From: a virus
Taxonomy: Duplodnaviria; Caudoviricetes
Length of the DNA stretch: 64,000 nucleotides
Virus record (IMG/VR): IMGVR_UViG_3300025018_000093
Strand: one strand, 5' to 3'
Positions within the stretch are counted from its first letter, which is position 1, and each line of letters begins with the position of its first letter. The notes beneath the pieces were generated by a model, which made no database searches, had not been told where the DNA came from, and was given only the letters and a program-made list of their open reading frames with translations. Positions 49,301 through 57,028 of this stretch are shown in pieces. Position numbers and translations under genes: made by a program.

Positions 49301-49367
49301 GGCGGGTTCGGATGTCTGCGTGGATCCCGAGGTGTTTACTCGTGCCATGCGGGAACGCAATGTCTGA
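46347..49367 (+). CDS. polA: Family A DNA polymerase (3'-5' exonuclease plus polymerase, no 5'-3' nuclease) with zinc-ribbon insertion
   Basis: ExoI YGLDLETT, ExoII HNCKFE, ExoIII YGCSDA. Motif A IDFSGVELRILA, motif B RARGKNTNFALNYG (Phe at the E. coli 762-equivalent position), motif C MHDELVFEV. Confidence 0.93.
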   Translation: MRKSMLPSRMLPAKKIDVQLKPWMDDYSFALVTTENINQVVEECIAAGVYGLDLETTSLDTRIFPRTTENGSVQEVTTDIVGICLSPGKKRSYYLPILHRPNGVPSPHNVPFSVWDVAVRRLLQSSAKPVVHNCKFEGEILSFPKGSAAFGDWDDLKWWEDTQILAYLEDSNRKALGLKALSKEFLGREQIELDELFPPKTTRLDYSLLNPADPAVLAYGCSDAVCTLELYYVLKDRAVDMEGSEGKFNQNFILGLEKLCVPAIRWMERARLPIDLNLAAEFMRKARLELMESLKELYRGASEILGRDIMPLSFYFVCQEWEFNPAWRDIQEDESQDARSLRDLFDECKRKADDYQKRYRKSDLSILKDCDDNPELEVLLKREPPPPRSFGKDTIILQAEYDVMSPTQLGKLLFDLGVKGLHKTDSGQIQTSKEVLDEVIENNQDTLPFMKRVKMFRGNEQALKNLVSIWKDTDRRDNSLRISFRAYAAGTGRFSSKGDKNPEATGGTKFNLQSMPAGKDPRSPEALLRIRECIRARDGKVMVVIDFSGVELRILANMAGETKWIDQFFLCSDCKLVFNRDTVPPKFCPRCGSDKIGDIHTLTAIQIYGADAPSKPEWKVYRARGKNTNFALNYGGGPQAIQRQTGTSSNESHRIHKKFKSSYDFLTKWQGNRVAFAKKHGYVMTAFTRRYRVPDIAHEIPWIRGKAERNSINSPIQGTSADITKLAMGLVYKKCKQAGWLDKVHMLLTMHDELVFEVDTDILEEAVDMFVNVMCDNAAIRARKWPVPLTVDVELGVSWKAKINLEGVRYSVQLRRLLQRPGQSDEEIKKLLRCVNGFYGGPAGVRKSLKSFEDIQWPELIRPHFKSGREEKPFTVEERQALAHAWALYFGEADVAVPSAAEEPQTDVIEIAPTPSLTSLADPIPATPALDKDTSPATFEYRVPQLSISSSQALAAVLVACQGTGKHRLVLIAPSGEVLQGWDSWAGSDVCVDPEVFTRAMRERNV

Positions 49368-49782
49368 TGAGATTCAGCGGAGATTGGAGATCCTTGAGAT
49401 GGCTCTCGGTATCGAGACGCCAGACCGGGAGCATTGCCTTTCACAGGAAGGTCCCATCTTCTCCTGTTCTTCCTGTGATCCCGACGTCTGCCCCGTCGTC
49501 AACAATCTTCTGCAAGCCACCGCGAATGAGACACAAGCTCTGGGTGGTCGGGTTCGACGCCTGGAATTGTGGCTAGACCAGATTGACTCGGCGGCACGGC
49601 CCCGAGAAAGGGCTACTCTACTGGAGCAACGCGAACGGTTACTGGCGAACATTGCGGACGTGGAGAGGTCTGTACAGCAGTCTCGCGGTGTAGTAGCACA
49701 CAACCTGACGCAGTTTCTGAGTGACCAGCGGGATAAGCTGGAGCGCCTCAACAAGCAGATAGGACAGTTGCAAGATGGGTGA
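49360..49782 (+). CDS. Hypothetical Cys-motif plus coiled-coil protein (140 aa)
   Basis: ATG 49360 overlaps the end of polA. C...CSSC...C followed by a long coiled coil. Confidence 0.65.
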   Translation: MSDEIQRRLEILEMALGIETPDREHCLSQEGPIFSCSSCDPDVCPVVNNLLQATANETQALGGRVRRLELWLDQIDSAARPRERATLLEQRERLLANIADVERSVQQSRGVVAHNLTQFLSDQRDKLERLNKQIGQLQDG

Positions 49783-50653
49783 CGATTCTACAAAGGAATG
49801 CTTGCGAGACATGCAAGCGAAGTTTCCTCAGTTCAGTTTGCAAGACCTGCGGACTGTCTTCTGCTCAGAATGTCGAAACTTCGGCTGTAAGCATGCGAAG
49901 CTAGCAGGTAACCCCTGGGAGCAGCGGATGGCCACGCAAGTGGATCGTCTACTCGAAAATCCGTTGTTCGCTAATCTTCAGGATCCTCGGTGGTCGCACC
50001 TGCGGGAGCTGGACTTCCCGAGCTTGTTCCAGGAGTCCATTCGCCTGCACCTGGCGGAGCAACGGGGGGATTGGTCACTTCCATCACAGCGCGAAGTTGA
50101 TGCGGCGATGGGTGTGATTCCAGACCAGTCCGCGACGGAACCGAATCCAGAGGTGGAACGTGCTGTTAAGGCTTTGAAGCGTTTGCACACGGTCATCCAA
50201 ATCAATTCCCAGACACACCCAGGGGTGGTCTACGAAGTCACGCTAGATGACGAGGGAAAGGCGGTATCCTGCACTTGCTTGGCCGGGCGGCATAAGCGAC
50301 GTTGCACGCATCGTCTCTGGGCGGAGAAAGAGTACCAGAGAAGACAAAGGGACTCTGAGGAGAACACCTCGGAGAAGACGTCTGAGGAGCCTCAGAATGC
50401 GCTTGCGGAAAAGGGTGGGGAAAGCCCCCTCCCAATTCTGGGAGTGCGTCAGGGACCCCCTGAGGGCCGCCAGGGACCCATCCAGGGGTTGGCTCGTAAC
50501 ACCGCACTTCCTAACCAGGGGATGCTGCTAGAGGGTGCCCCTGCGGACGGGTTGCGGAAAATCACACGAGATCCGTGGGCACCTGTGTTGGAACGTTCTA
50601 GTGTTGTCCCCTCGGGAGTTCAGATCACGATAGGGAAGAAGAAAGATGAGTGA
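49775..50653 (+). CDS. SWIM-type zinc-finger protein
   Basis: YEVTL...SCTCLAGRHKRRCTH matches SWIM CxC-xn-CxH. Additional N-terminal CSEC...C. Confidence 0.7.
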   Translation: MGDDSTKECLRDMQAKFPQFSLQDLRTVFCSECRNFGCKHAKLAGNPWEQRMATQVDRLLENPLFANLQDPRWSHLRELDFPSLFQESIRLHLAEQRGDWSLPSQREVDAAMGVIPDQSATEPNPEVERAVKALKRLHTVIQINSQTHPGVVYEVTLDDEGKAVSCTCLAGRHKRRCTHRLWAEKEYQRRQRDSEENTSEKTSEEPQNALAEKGGESPLPILGVRQGPPEGRQGPIQGLARNTALPNQGMLLEGAPADGLRKITRDPWAPVLERSSVVPSGVQITIGKKKDE

Positions 50654-51695
50654 CGACAAGCGGAGCCTTTACGAAGTAATGGAGGAGGCCCTTCGTAAGC
50701 ATCCACACTTGCGGGCTATCTCCGAGTTTGTGGACAAAGAGGTGTCCTCACATGTGCGCGAGGGGACAATGACCCTTCCCGAGGCCCTGGCGAGAATTCG
50801 TAGCTTGTCGGAGGACAAGACTTTCAATGCCTTGGTCCAGCAGGAAATGGGAGACCCGGAGGGGGATCTTCTTTTCCAGGAAGAAGAGAACCAGCAACCT
50901 GGACTCAACCCTCTGCTCCTGGGGCAAATCATGGAACGTCTCCAGTTTGATGGGGATGTTCCTGAGATGCGGTCCGGTCATATGCTAGAAGGAGGCACTC
51001 CGGCTGTTCCCGTGGACACGAACGCAGTCAATCCCATTGCTCTGGGAGTGCTCCTCACACAAGCCTCGGAAGAGGTCGCACGGGAGTTCGATGAGAATGC
51101 TGCCTCTTTGGCACTCCGCGTACAGGAGGAGATGCTGCATGCTCTGGAGGCAGGGGTGGAAGCTTCGCCACCAGAGGATGGGTCCTTAGTTGTGTCCGCA
51201 GAGACCAGTGGTATCCTTGGGGTGTACGAAAGGCCAGAAGTGGATCCCAAGGGGTATGCTCGTGGACAGCTTCCCGCGTTACGTGGTGTTTCCACTCCCT
51301 CAGGTTCTGCGTTGGCTTCACTGTCAGTGGAGGCTCAGCATGAGATGGCGTGGAAGGCGCTCGCGACAACGCAAGGGAGAAGGTCTTCACTGAGCCCCAT
51401 TCAATCGTTTCTGTTGCGGGAGTTGTTTGCGGAAGGGTTGACTGTGACCTTGGGGACGGGGGAGCTTCTCGTAGCCTCTCACGAGTGGGTCATTCGTTTG
51501 GATGGACCCCAAGCAACGCAAGTAGGGTTCTCTCCTGCCGCAGTGGCGCGTGCTGTACTCTCTAAGCAATTGCTTCAAAAACTGCCGGTGGAGTGTCGCT
51601 CGGAACCTCTTCTGTTGTCTGTGCAGACGGTGGACAACATTAGCCAACGCTTGGTAGGGTGGTCGGCACAGCTTTACGTCAGGAGTGATCCGTGA
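50646..51695 (+). CDS. Hypothetical protein (349 aa)
   Basis: Overlapping-gene continuity on both sides. No family recognised. Confidence 0.7.
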   Translation: MSDDKRSLYEVMEEALRKHPHLRAISEFVDKEVSSHVREGTMTLPEALARIRSLSEDKTFNALVQQEMGDPEGDLLFQEEENQQPGLNPLLLGQIMERLQFDGDVPEMRSGHMLEGGTPAVPVDTNAVNPIALGVLLTQASEEVAREFDENAASLALRVQEEMLHALEAGVEASPPEDGSLVVSAETSGILGVYERPEVDPKGYARGQLPALRGVSTPSGSALASLSVEAQHEMAWKALATTQGRRSSLSPIQSFLLRELFAEGLTVTLGTGELLVASHEWVIRLDGPQATQVGFSPAAVARAVLSKQLLQKLPVECRSEPLLLSVQTVDNISQRLVGWSAQLYVRSDP

Positions 51696-52147
51696 CGGGC
51701 TTGGTCAAAGCAAGACGTTTGCTCTGGACGCTCCTCATTCGTGGAGAGTCGGCGTTGTGTATGAGAGTGCAGCATGGGCCACCGTTACAACACAATGGTG
51801 GTGAGACACTCTGGAAAGTCATCCTCACCCCTTCTGAAATGGATGCTTTGGAAAGGAGCATCCAGGAAAAGGGCCTCCGTGTTGTGCGCATCCGTCAATC
51901 TCGGAATGAGATTCGAGAGAGCCAGCCAGAGGGTGTTCACTTCACGGCTTCTCTGAGCGACTTCGACCCCACGCAGATAGTGTATCGCACACCAGACTGT
52001 CCTTTTTGCTTTTTCTTCTTCCCTCAGGGGGAGGAGCAGTGCGGAGTCGACAACTGGCCAGCAGAGTCCGTTGTAGCGGCACAGAAGGTTGTCAAAGCAC
52101 AAGCAGACCTCGTCAAGTGTTCTCTGCATGGAAAGGGATCAGGATGA
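51692..52147 (+). CDS. Hypothetical protein with CPFC...C...C motif (151 aa)
   Basis: GTGA overlap upstream. Cys cluster in the C-terminal half. Confidence 0.6.
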   Translation: MTGLVKARRLLWTLLIRGESALCMRVQHGPPLQHNGGETLWKVILTPSEMDALERSIQEKGLRVVRIRQSRNEIRESQPEGVHFTASLSDFDPTQIVYRTPDCPFCFFFFPQGEEQCGVDNWPAESVVAAQKVVKAQADLVKCSLHGKGSG

Positions 52148-52183
52148 AAGAGGGGTATCATCAGGATGAAAGAGGGGTATCAT
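52138..52183 (+). repeat. Perfect 22-bp tandem duplication spanning the methyltransferase start
   Basis: ATCAGGATGAAAGAGGGGTATC twice (52138-52159, 52160-52181) plus AT. Confidence 0.95.
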
Positions 52184-53023
52184 GTAGAGGAAGCTTTGGC
52201 TGGTCTCCAATCTCTTCCCAGTGGGTCTGTGAACCTCGTGGTCACGGACCCCGCTTACAACACGATGGAGAAATGGCGAGCGCAGGGTACAACGACACGT
52301 CTCTCGCATTCGAAGTCTTCTTCGAATGATTGGTTCCCCGTTGTGGATATGGAGTACCTTGGAGATTGCATTTCGGAGTGCTACCGGGTGCTACAGAACA
52401 ACAGCTACCTCTTCGTGATGTGCGACTTCTTCACAGGGATAGAGGTGCATTCTGCAGCGATTGCTGCGGGGTTCGATCCGAAGAAGCCACTGATTTGGGA
52501 AAAGGTTGGCAAGAGAATGACAGTGGTCTGCCCGACGTGTCATGTGAAGGTGACGGAGATCGAAGGTCGGGGTTCTCCAGGTATGGGGTACCCCTTTCGC
52601 TCCGGGTACGAGATGATCTACTTTGCACAGAAGGGTAAGCGCAAACCGCCGCAGAATAAGTCCATTCGGGATGTTCTTCGGTACCCGCGTCTTAAAGGGG
52701 ATAATCTGTGGCCCACGCAGAAACCGATAGACCTTTTGAAGGTCTTGATCGAGCTTTCCAGTGCTCCCGGTGATCTCGTCCTGGACCCGTTTGCAGGTAG
52801 TGGTTCTACGCTAGTGGCGGCTGCTCTTCTTGAGCGGAAGTATCTGGGGTTTGACGTGGATTGTAAGGGGAAGGACTACTTCCAGACCTTGCTCGGAGAG
52901 CACATACCCAAGGTTCTCCCTTCTTTGCTGCCCAAGAGAGACGGCGTTTCCGCGCGAAAGAAAGCTGCCCCCATCTTTAGAATGTTTAGCGGGCAGCGGA
53001 CGGAGTCGGGTGAAAATGGGTAG
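52166..53023 (+). CDS. DNA amino-methyltransferase (N4-C/N6-A, beta class)
   Basis: N-terminal LVVTDPAY (motif IV variant), HPTQKP-like WPTQKPIDLL, C-terminal VLDPFAGSGST (motif I). This order defines the beta class. Confidence 0.88.
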   Translation: MKEGYHVEEALAGLQSLPSGSVNLVVTDPAYNTMEKWRAQGTTTRLSHSKSSSNDWFPVVDMEYLGDCISECYRVLQNNSYLFVMCDFFTGIEVHSAAIAAGFDPKKPLIWEKVGKRMTVVCPTCHVKVTEIEGRGSPGMGYPFRSGYEMIYFAQKGKRKPPQNKSIRDVLRYPRLKGDNLWPTQKPIDLLKVLIELSSAPGDLVLDPFAGSGSTLVAAALLERKYLGFDVDCKGKDYFQTLLGEHIPKVLPSLLPKRDGVSARKKAAPIFRMFSGQRTESGENG

Positions 53024-53044
53024 GTTCTGCGGAGAGGGGAATGC

Positions 53045-54079
53045 ATGACTTCCAAACGTCGACAACTAGATTCCCAGTATGCAGAAGCTCTGCTGCGCGT
53101 ACCGCATACCCGTAACGGTGTTGCGAGCCATGATGGAGAGTCTCTGTTTCAGTACATCGCACGTCTCCGTGCGGAGTTGGAGGAGTCCCTGTCTCTTGCC
53201 GAGAAGATGTTGCAGAGCAACCCTTTGACGGCGCTGGTTGTACAGAAGGTAGGAGGGGATCTGGAGAGCCCCGCATTGCAAGTGGGTTCCGAGGGAGACC
53301 TGTGGGTGGTGGGTGTAGAGACCAGAGAAGAGACCAGAGAAGAGACCAGAGAAGAGACCAGAGAAGAGATCCTCCAAGTACCGACATCGAAGTCTTCTCG
53401 GGAGAAACGATCCTATGCTTCGGAGCTTCCCCTGAAGAGCGTGCTAGATGAGATGGGGGTCCTACTGGGGTGCGACTTTTCGGAGTTAGGCCGGGCAAGA
53501 CGCCCCAGGTATGACTTGATCAAGCAAGAGCTAGAATCTTCCGTGGCTGCAGGTCTTCCTGTACATCCGATTTTCATCGAGTTTGGGATGGTGTCGACAG
53601 ACACTGTGCAAGTTCTCCCCATTGTAGAGGCGGTTCCTGTCGTAGAGGCGGTTCCTGTCGTAGAGGCGGTTCCTGTCGTAGAGGAGGCCCCGGTAGAGGA
53701 GGCCCCGGTAGAGGAGGCCCCGGTAGAGGAGGCCCCTGTCGTCGAGGTGGCCCCTGTCGTCGAGGTGGCCCCGGTAGAGGAGGGGGTGGAGACTTCTGTG
53801 TCAATAGCAGTTCCCGTCCCACCCCCTCCGGATAAGGGGGAGTCTTTGGACCTTATGGACTTGATCAATGACTCTTTGGAAGGGGACCTTGTACCTGTCG
53901 AAAAGGAGGAGGTATCCCTTGTGAGCATGATCCTTAAACGCCGTCGAAAGGGTTTGTCTGTAAGTACACCTACCTCTGGAGTTGCTCAGAAGATGTTGCA
54001 AAGGGCTGCTTCCTTTGATGTGGAGGCAGAGATTGCGTCGTTCCAGTCTCAACACGCATCACACGTCAAGTCTCACTAG
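53045..54079 (+). CDS. Repeat-rich acidic hypothetical protein (344 aa)
   Basis: N-terminal coiled coil, ETRE x4, a central helical segment and a VE(A/E/V)(V/A)P(V) array. Confidence 0.7.
   Translation: MTSKRRQLDSQYAEALLRVPHTRNGVASHDGESLFQYIARLRAELEESLSLAEKMLQSNPLTALVVQKVGGDLESPALQVGSEGDLWVVGVETREETREETREETREEILQVPTSKSSREKRSYASELPLKSVLDEMGVLLGCDFSELGRARRPRYDLIKQELESSVAAGLPVHPIFIEFGMVSTDTVQVLPIVEAVPVVEAVPVVEAVPVVEEAPVEEAPVEEAPVEEAPVVEVAPVVEVAPVEEGVETSVSIAVPVPPPPDKGESLDLMDLINDSLEGDLVPVEKEEVSLVSMILKRRRKGLSVSTPTSGVAQKMLQRAASFDVEAEIASFQSQHASHVKSH
53318..53369 (+). repeat. 12-bp tandem repeat GAGACCAGAGAA x4 (ETRE)
   Basis: Four perfect copies read directly. Confidence 0.95.
53624..53782 (+). repeat. 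Mixed 18/15-bp in-frame array (VEAVPV / VEEAP / VEVAPV)
   Basis: GTAGAGGCGGTTCCTGTC x3, GTAGAGGAGGCCCCG x3, then variant units. Confidence 0.95.
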
Positions 54080-54125
54080 CAATTCTATAGCCCTTCTCTT
54101 GCAGGGAATGCTCGGGGGGTCTCGC

Positions 54126-54569
54126 ATGGCTTTCTGGTGGATCAACAATAGCGGACAGAATACGTTGCGTGGAGAGCCTGCCTATGAGGCAGAGGACGGC
54201 ACCGTGTTCCGAGTCCTGCAACAAGCAGAAGACTACTCTGCAATGACAGGGCTGAGCTTTGGTGTGTGGTTGGATGACTATGGGAATCCAGGGGACCCAA
54301 GCAACCCCATACAACTTATCAACAGCTTCGTCTTGCACTGCCTCTACATGATTCCTCAGGCAAAGTCGGACTTCTTCAAGATGGTCCCTAGCCTGAATCA
54401 AGCGGAGCAGACCAGATTCCAGCGAATGTTGGAGCGGGCTCCGTTTATCTCAAGAACCTTCTATCAAGATGAGCAGACTCGGACGGATGCTTTCACGCGG
54501 CGCTTCAATGGGGCCGGGGTACGAGTGACTGGTAGATATGGAGGGACAAGAAGTGGCGGAAACTGCTAA
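54126..54569 (+). CDS. Hypothetical protein (about 147 aa)
   Basis: Distal part of track ORF 53982-54569. ATG 54126 or 54108 lies after the upstream stop, so the start is uncertain. Confidence 0.6.
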   Translation: MAFWWINNSGQNTLRGEPAYEAEDGTVFRVLQQAEDYSAMTGLSFGVWLDDYGNPGDPSNPIQLINSFVLHCLYMIPQAKSDFFKMVPSLNQAEQTRFQRMLERAPFISRTFYQDEQTRTDAFTRRFNGAGVRVTGRYGGTRSGGNC

Positions 54570-54912
54570 AGAAACACCTAGTATCCCTGCGACAGACACC
54601 TTCGAAAAAACCCCGCTCAGCAGCAAAAAGTTCATCGCCTACTTGGTTGCGGACATTGGTTGGTCTGCTTTCCTCGCGTTCGTTCTCTTGGTGTACCAGG
54701 AGCAGTTGACCCCTCTCGTCTGGGGTCTCCTCATGGGGACCGTCTTGGTGAAAGGGTTCGTGCAGGTGGGGGTCATTCTCGGCCAAAACTCTTTGGACAA
54801 GTTCATCCGCGTGGCTAGGATCAACGCTACTCTGGGAGTGCCGACCGTACTTGAAGGACCCACGAAAAGGAAAAGCACTCGACCTGAGAAGGGTGCTTCC
54901 GAGAAAGAGTGA
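54553..54912 (+). CDS. Small two-TM membrane protein, second holin-like candidate
   Basis: LSSKKFIAYL (SRKF-like) followed by two hydrophobic helices and a basic tail. GTG 54553 assumed. Confidence 0.45.
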   Translation: MAETAKETPSIPATDTFEKTPLSSKKFIAYLVADIGWSAFLAFVLLVYQEQLTPLVWGLLMGTVLVKGFVQVGVILGQNSLDKFIRVARINATLGVPTVLEGPTKRKSTRPEKGASEKE

Positions 54913-54934
54913 GCTATCCCAGGAGGAGGGAGAC

Positions 54935-55393
54935 ATGGGCCATTTCACGCCACCATTCATGAGAAGATTTCAGCGGACTTTCCCGCAACCCGCAAAGGCT
55001 CCTGAGGAAATACCTGTAAAGGTGTCCCTCGAAGATGCGATGCACGAGTGGGAGAAAACCACGGGGGCTCTCGCGAAGTCCGTCGTCGAGGAAACCCCCG
55101 TCGTCGAGGAAACCCCTGTTGTCGAGACCCCTGTCGTCAAGACCCCTGTCGTCGAGACCCCTGTTGTCGAGACCCCTGTCGTCAAGACCCCTGTCGTCGA
55201 GACCCCTGTCGTTGAGGACAGCGAGGATGGTGAGGATATCGAAACGGAGGCCCAGAGTGAGGAGGAGCTGGCCAACCTGCTGCGTTTTTCTCGGAAGAGA
55301 TTGGTGCGCATGGCACAGGTGAAGTCTATCGTTCTCCCAGCACGAGCTACTAAAAAGCAGATCGCGGAGCTTCTCCTGGAGCCCAAAGAGTAA
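54935..55393 (+). CDS. ETPVV-repeat protein with C-terminal Rho-N / helix-extension-helix-like domain
   Basis: Strong AGGAGG upstream of ATG 54935. LLRFSRKRLVRMAQVKSIVLPARATKKQIAELL matches Rho_N-like spacing. Confidence 0.6.
   Translation: MGHFTPPFMRRFQRTFPQPAKAPEEIPVKVSLEDAMHEWEKTTGALAKSVVEETPVVEETPVVETPVVKTPVVETPVVETPVVKTPVVETPVVEDSEDGEDIETEAQSEEELANLLRFSRKRLVRMAQVKSIVLPARATKKQIAELLLEPKE
55082..55216 (+). repeat. 15-bp in-frame array ([EK]TPVV) with a 45-bp higher-order unit
   Basis: Units alternate E(gtt)/E/K twice: 55109-55153 is nearly identical to 55154-55198. Confidence 0.93.
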
Positions 55394-55397
55394 CCAA

Positions 55398-55832
55398 GTG
55401 CCTACCAAGATGTTCGTGTATAAGTACCTCGCACGGGGTATGTATGGATTTCTCCGAGACACCCTGGGACGTGAGGTGTTCTTTCATCTTGGAGCCTTCC
55501 TCCCAGGTACTGCGGAAGAGGAACCCATTCCTCCAATTCCGGGAGAAGAGGTGGAGGTGGAGGTGGACTTCTCGGCGGGTACTGCGGAGAAAGCTCCCCG
55601 TGCTGAAAGGGTTTGCCGTTTGTTCGTTCCTCTTGCGAAGACGGGTATGGTAGAGATGTTCGATTCCGCTTCGGGATACGGATTTGTCCGTTGCGAGGGG
55701 GAGATGTTTTTCCTACACAAGAGTGAGATTCGGGATGGGAAGACGCCCCTCTTGCAGGATACCGTCAAGTTCTATCCTGGAGTCCGGGAAGGAAAATCAC
55801 GCGCTTGCCATGTAACCGTGCTGAGGGACTAA
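55398..55832 (+). CDS. Tandem cold-shock domain (OB-fold) protein
   Basis: Two RNP1/RNP2 pairs: GMYGFL...EVFFHLGAF and SGYGFV...MFFLHKSEI. Confidence 0.85.
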   Translation: MPTKMFVYKYLARGMYGFLRDTLGREVFFHLGAFLPGTAEEEPIPPIPGEEVEVEVDFSAGTAEKAPRAERVCRLFVPLAKTGMVEMFDSASGYGFVRCEGEMFFLHKSEIRDGKTPLLQDTVKFYPGVREGKSRACHVTVLRD

Positions 55833-56389
55833 TGAGCGAGACAAACATCTTTGGTGGACTGAACAGGAACTCTCTCTACACCCCCATGTCAGAGGACGAG
55901 CAGGAAGTCCTAGCTAGGTTGATTGAAGCGGATGACCTGGAGATCCATGTCAAGCAGTGGGGCATCGTGAACAAGTTCATCGAGAAGCCTCGATTTGGGG
56001 ATAAGGTCATTGACATCAAGTTCTGGGTGCGATTCTCGAAGCCAGACGTGCTGATACCTGTGTACTATTTCGATCTGGAGCTTCGCACCCGAGCAGGGCT
56101 CCTGCTTTTTGCGGAACGGCAGGCTATCAAGGGTGCCGAGGGTGGACCTCTGCTGGTGGGAGCGGGAGTGACCATACCCTTGGGGTGGTCCATTGCGATT
56201 CATGCGATGAATCCCGATGTGGTTCGGTCGATCAAGCCGGGAGCCCACGGATTGACTACTCGTGAAGGGAACAGGCACCTCACAGAAGCAGAGCAGGCTA
56301 CCATGCGAAATCTGCGCAAGTCGGAGAAGAAGGTACGAGAGTTGACACAACAAGAAGCAGCTGAGGCAGCCAAGAAAAGCTTGTACTGA
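55832..56389 (+). CDS. Hypothetical protein (185 aa)
   Basis: ATG 55832 overlaps the upstream TAA. No family recognised. Confidence 0.65.
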   Translation: MSETNIFGGLNRNSLYTPMSEDEQEVLARLIEADDLEIHVKQWGIVNKFIEKPRFGDKVIDIKFWVRFSKPDVLIPVYYFDLELRTRAGLLLFAERQAIKGAEGGPLLVGAGVTIPLGWSIAIHAMNPDVVRSIKPGAHGLTTREGNRHLTEAEQATMRNLRKSEKKVRELTQQEAAEAAKKSLY

Positions 56390-56397
56390 GGTCGAGG

Positions 56398-56754
56398 ATG
56401 AAAAGCATAGAGGAACTCTGGGCAGACCGCCCCTCCCGTATTGAGAGAAAACCCGCTCGAAGTTCCGCTGTGCAGAACCCCAACCACGTCATCTTAGGTA
56501 GTGTGGAAGAGGTCCGTCGGAGAGCCCGAGAGTTAGCACAAGACTCGCTCACGACACGTCTTCATCGTCTTTACCAGGCTGCCCGCATGGCTTCCGAGCA
56601 GTCCTCTTCTGCACGGGAGCGGAGAGAAGCACTCTGGACGGTAAACTTCGTGACTTCTCTGCGTCGAAAGATAGGGAGTCTCGGAGAGTCTCCCAAAGTC
56701 GAAAAGGTCTTGCGACAGAGAGAAGCTCTGCATGCTCCCTGGGCCAGGACTTGA
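56398..56754 (+). CDS. Hypothetical basic helical protein (118 aa)
   Basis: GAGG upstream and operon continuity. Confidence 0.6.
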   Translation: MKSIEELWADRPSRIERKPARSSAVQNPNHVILGSVEEVRRRARELAQDSLTTRLHRLYQAARMASEQSSSARERREALWTVNFVTSLRRKIGSLGESPKVEKVLRQREALHAPWART

Positions 56755-57012
56755 ATGACTATGAGCAAACCGAATGAGAGACAGGTACTGGGGGCTAAGA
56801 TACGAGCAGAGGCAGAGCGCTATGTGAAAGAGCGTCGAAAGCCTTTTGCAGGAGGGTGGAGCGGACCATCTCAAAAAGAGGTACAGGCCCACCTCGCGAC
56901 TGTTCTGCGGATGGACCCACAGGAAGTGAGTCGTTACCTGACATGGTCAAGGTACTGCACGCACGCTTGGTCAGATGGAGCCTGTCCACAATGCCCGGAC
57001 CCAGGAAAGTGA
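56755..57012 (+). CDS. Hypothetical protein with C-terminal CTH...CPQC zinc-ribbon-like motif (85 aa)
   Basis: Abuts the upstream stop. Cys/His motif at the C-terminus. Confidence 0.55.
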   Translation: MTMSKPNERQVLGAKIRAEAERYVKERRKPFAGGWSGPSQKEVQAHLATVLRMDPQEVSRYLTWSRYCTHAWSDGACPQCPDPGK

Positions 57013-57028
57013 GATGCTGGAGGAAAGC

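Noticed and set aside
52138-55216. Direct repeats as a possible CRISPR array
   Set aside because: The repeats are tandem with no unique spacers, are mostly in-frame coding, and no cas genes are present.
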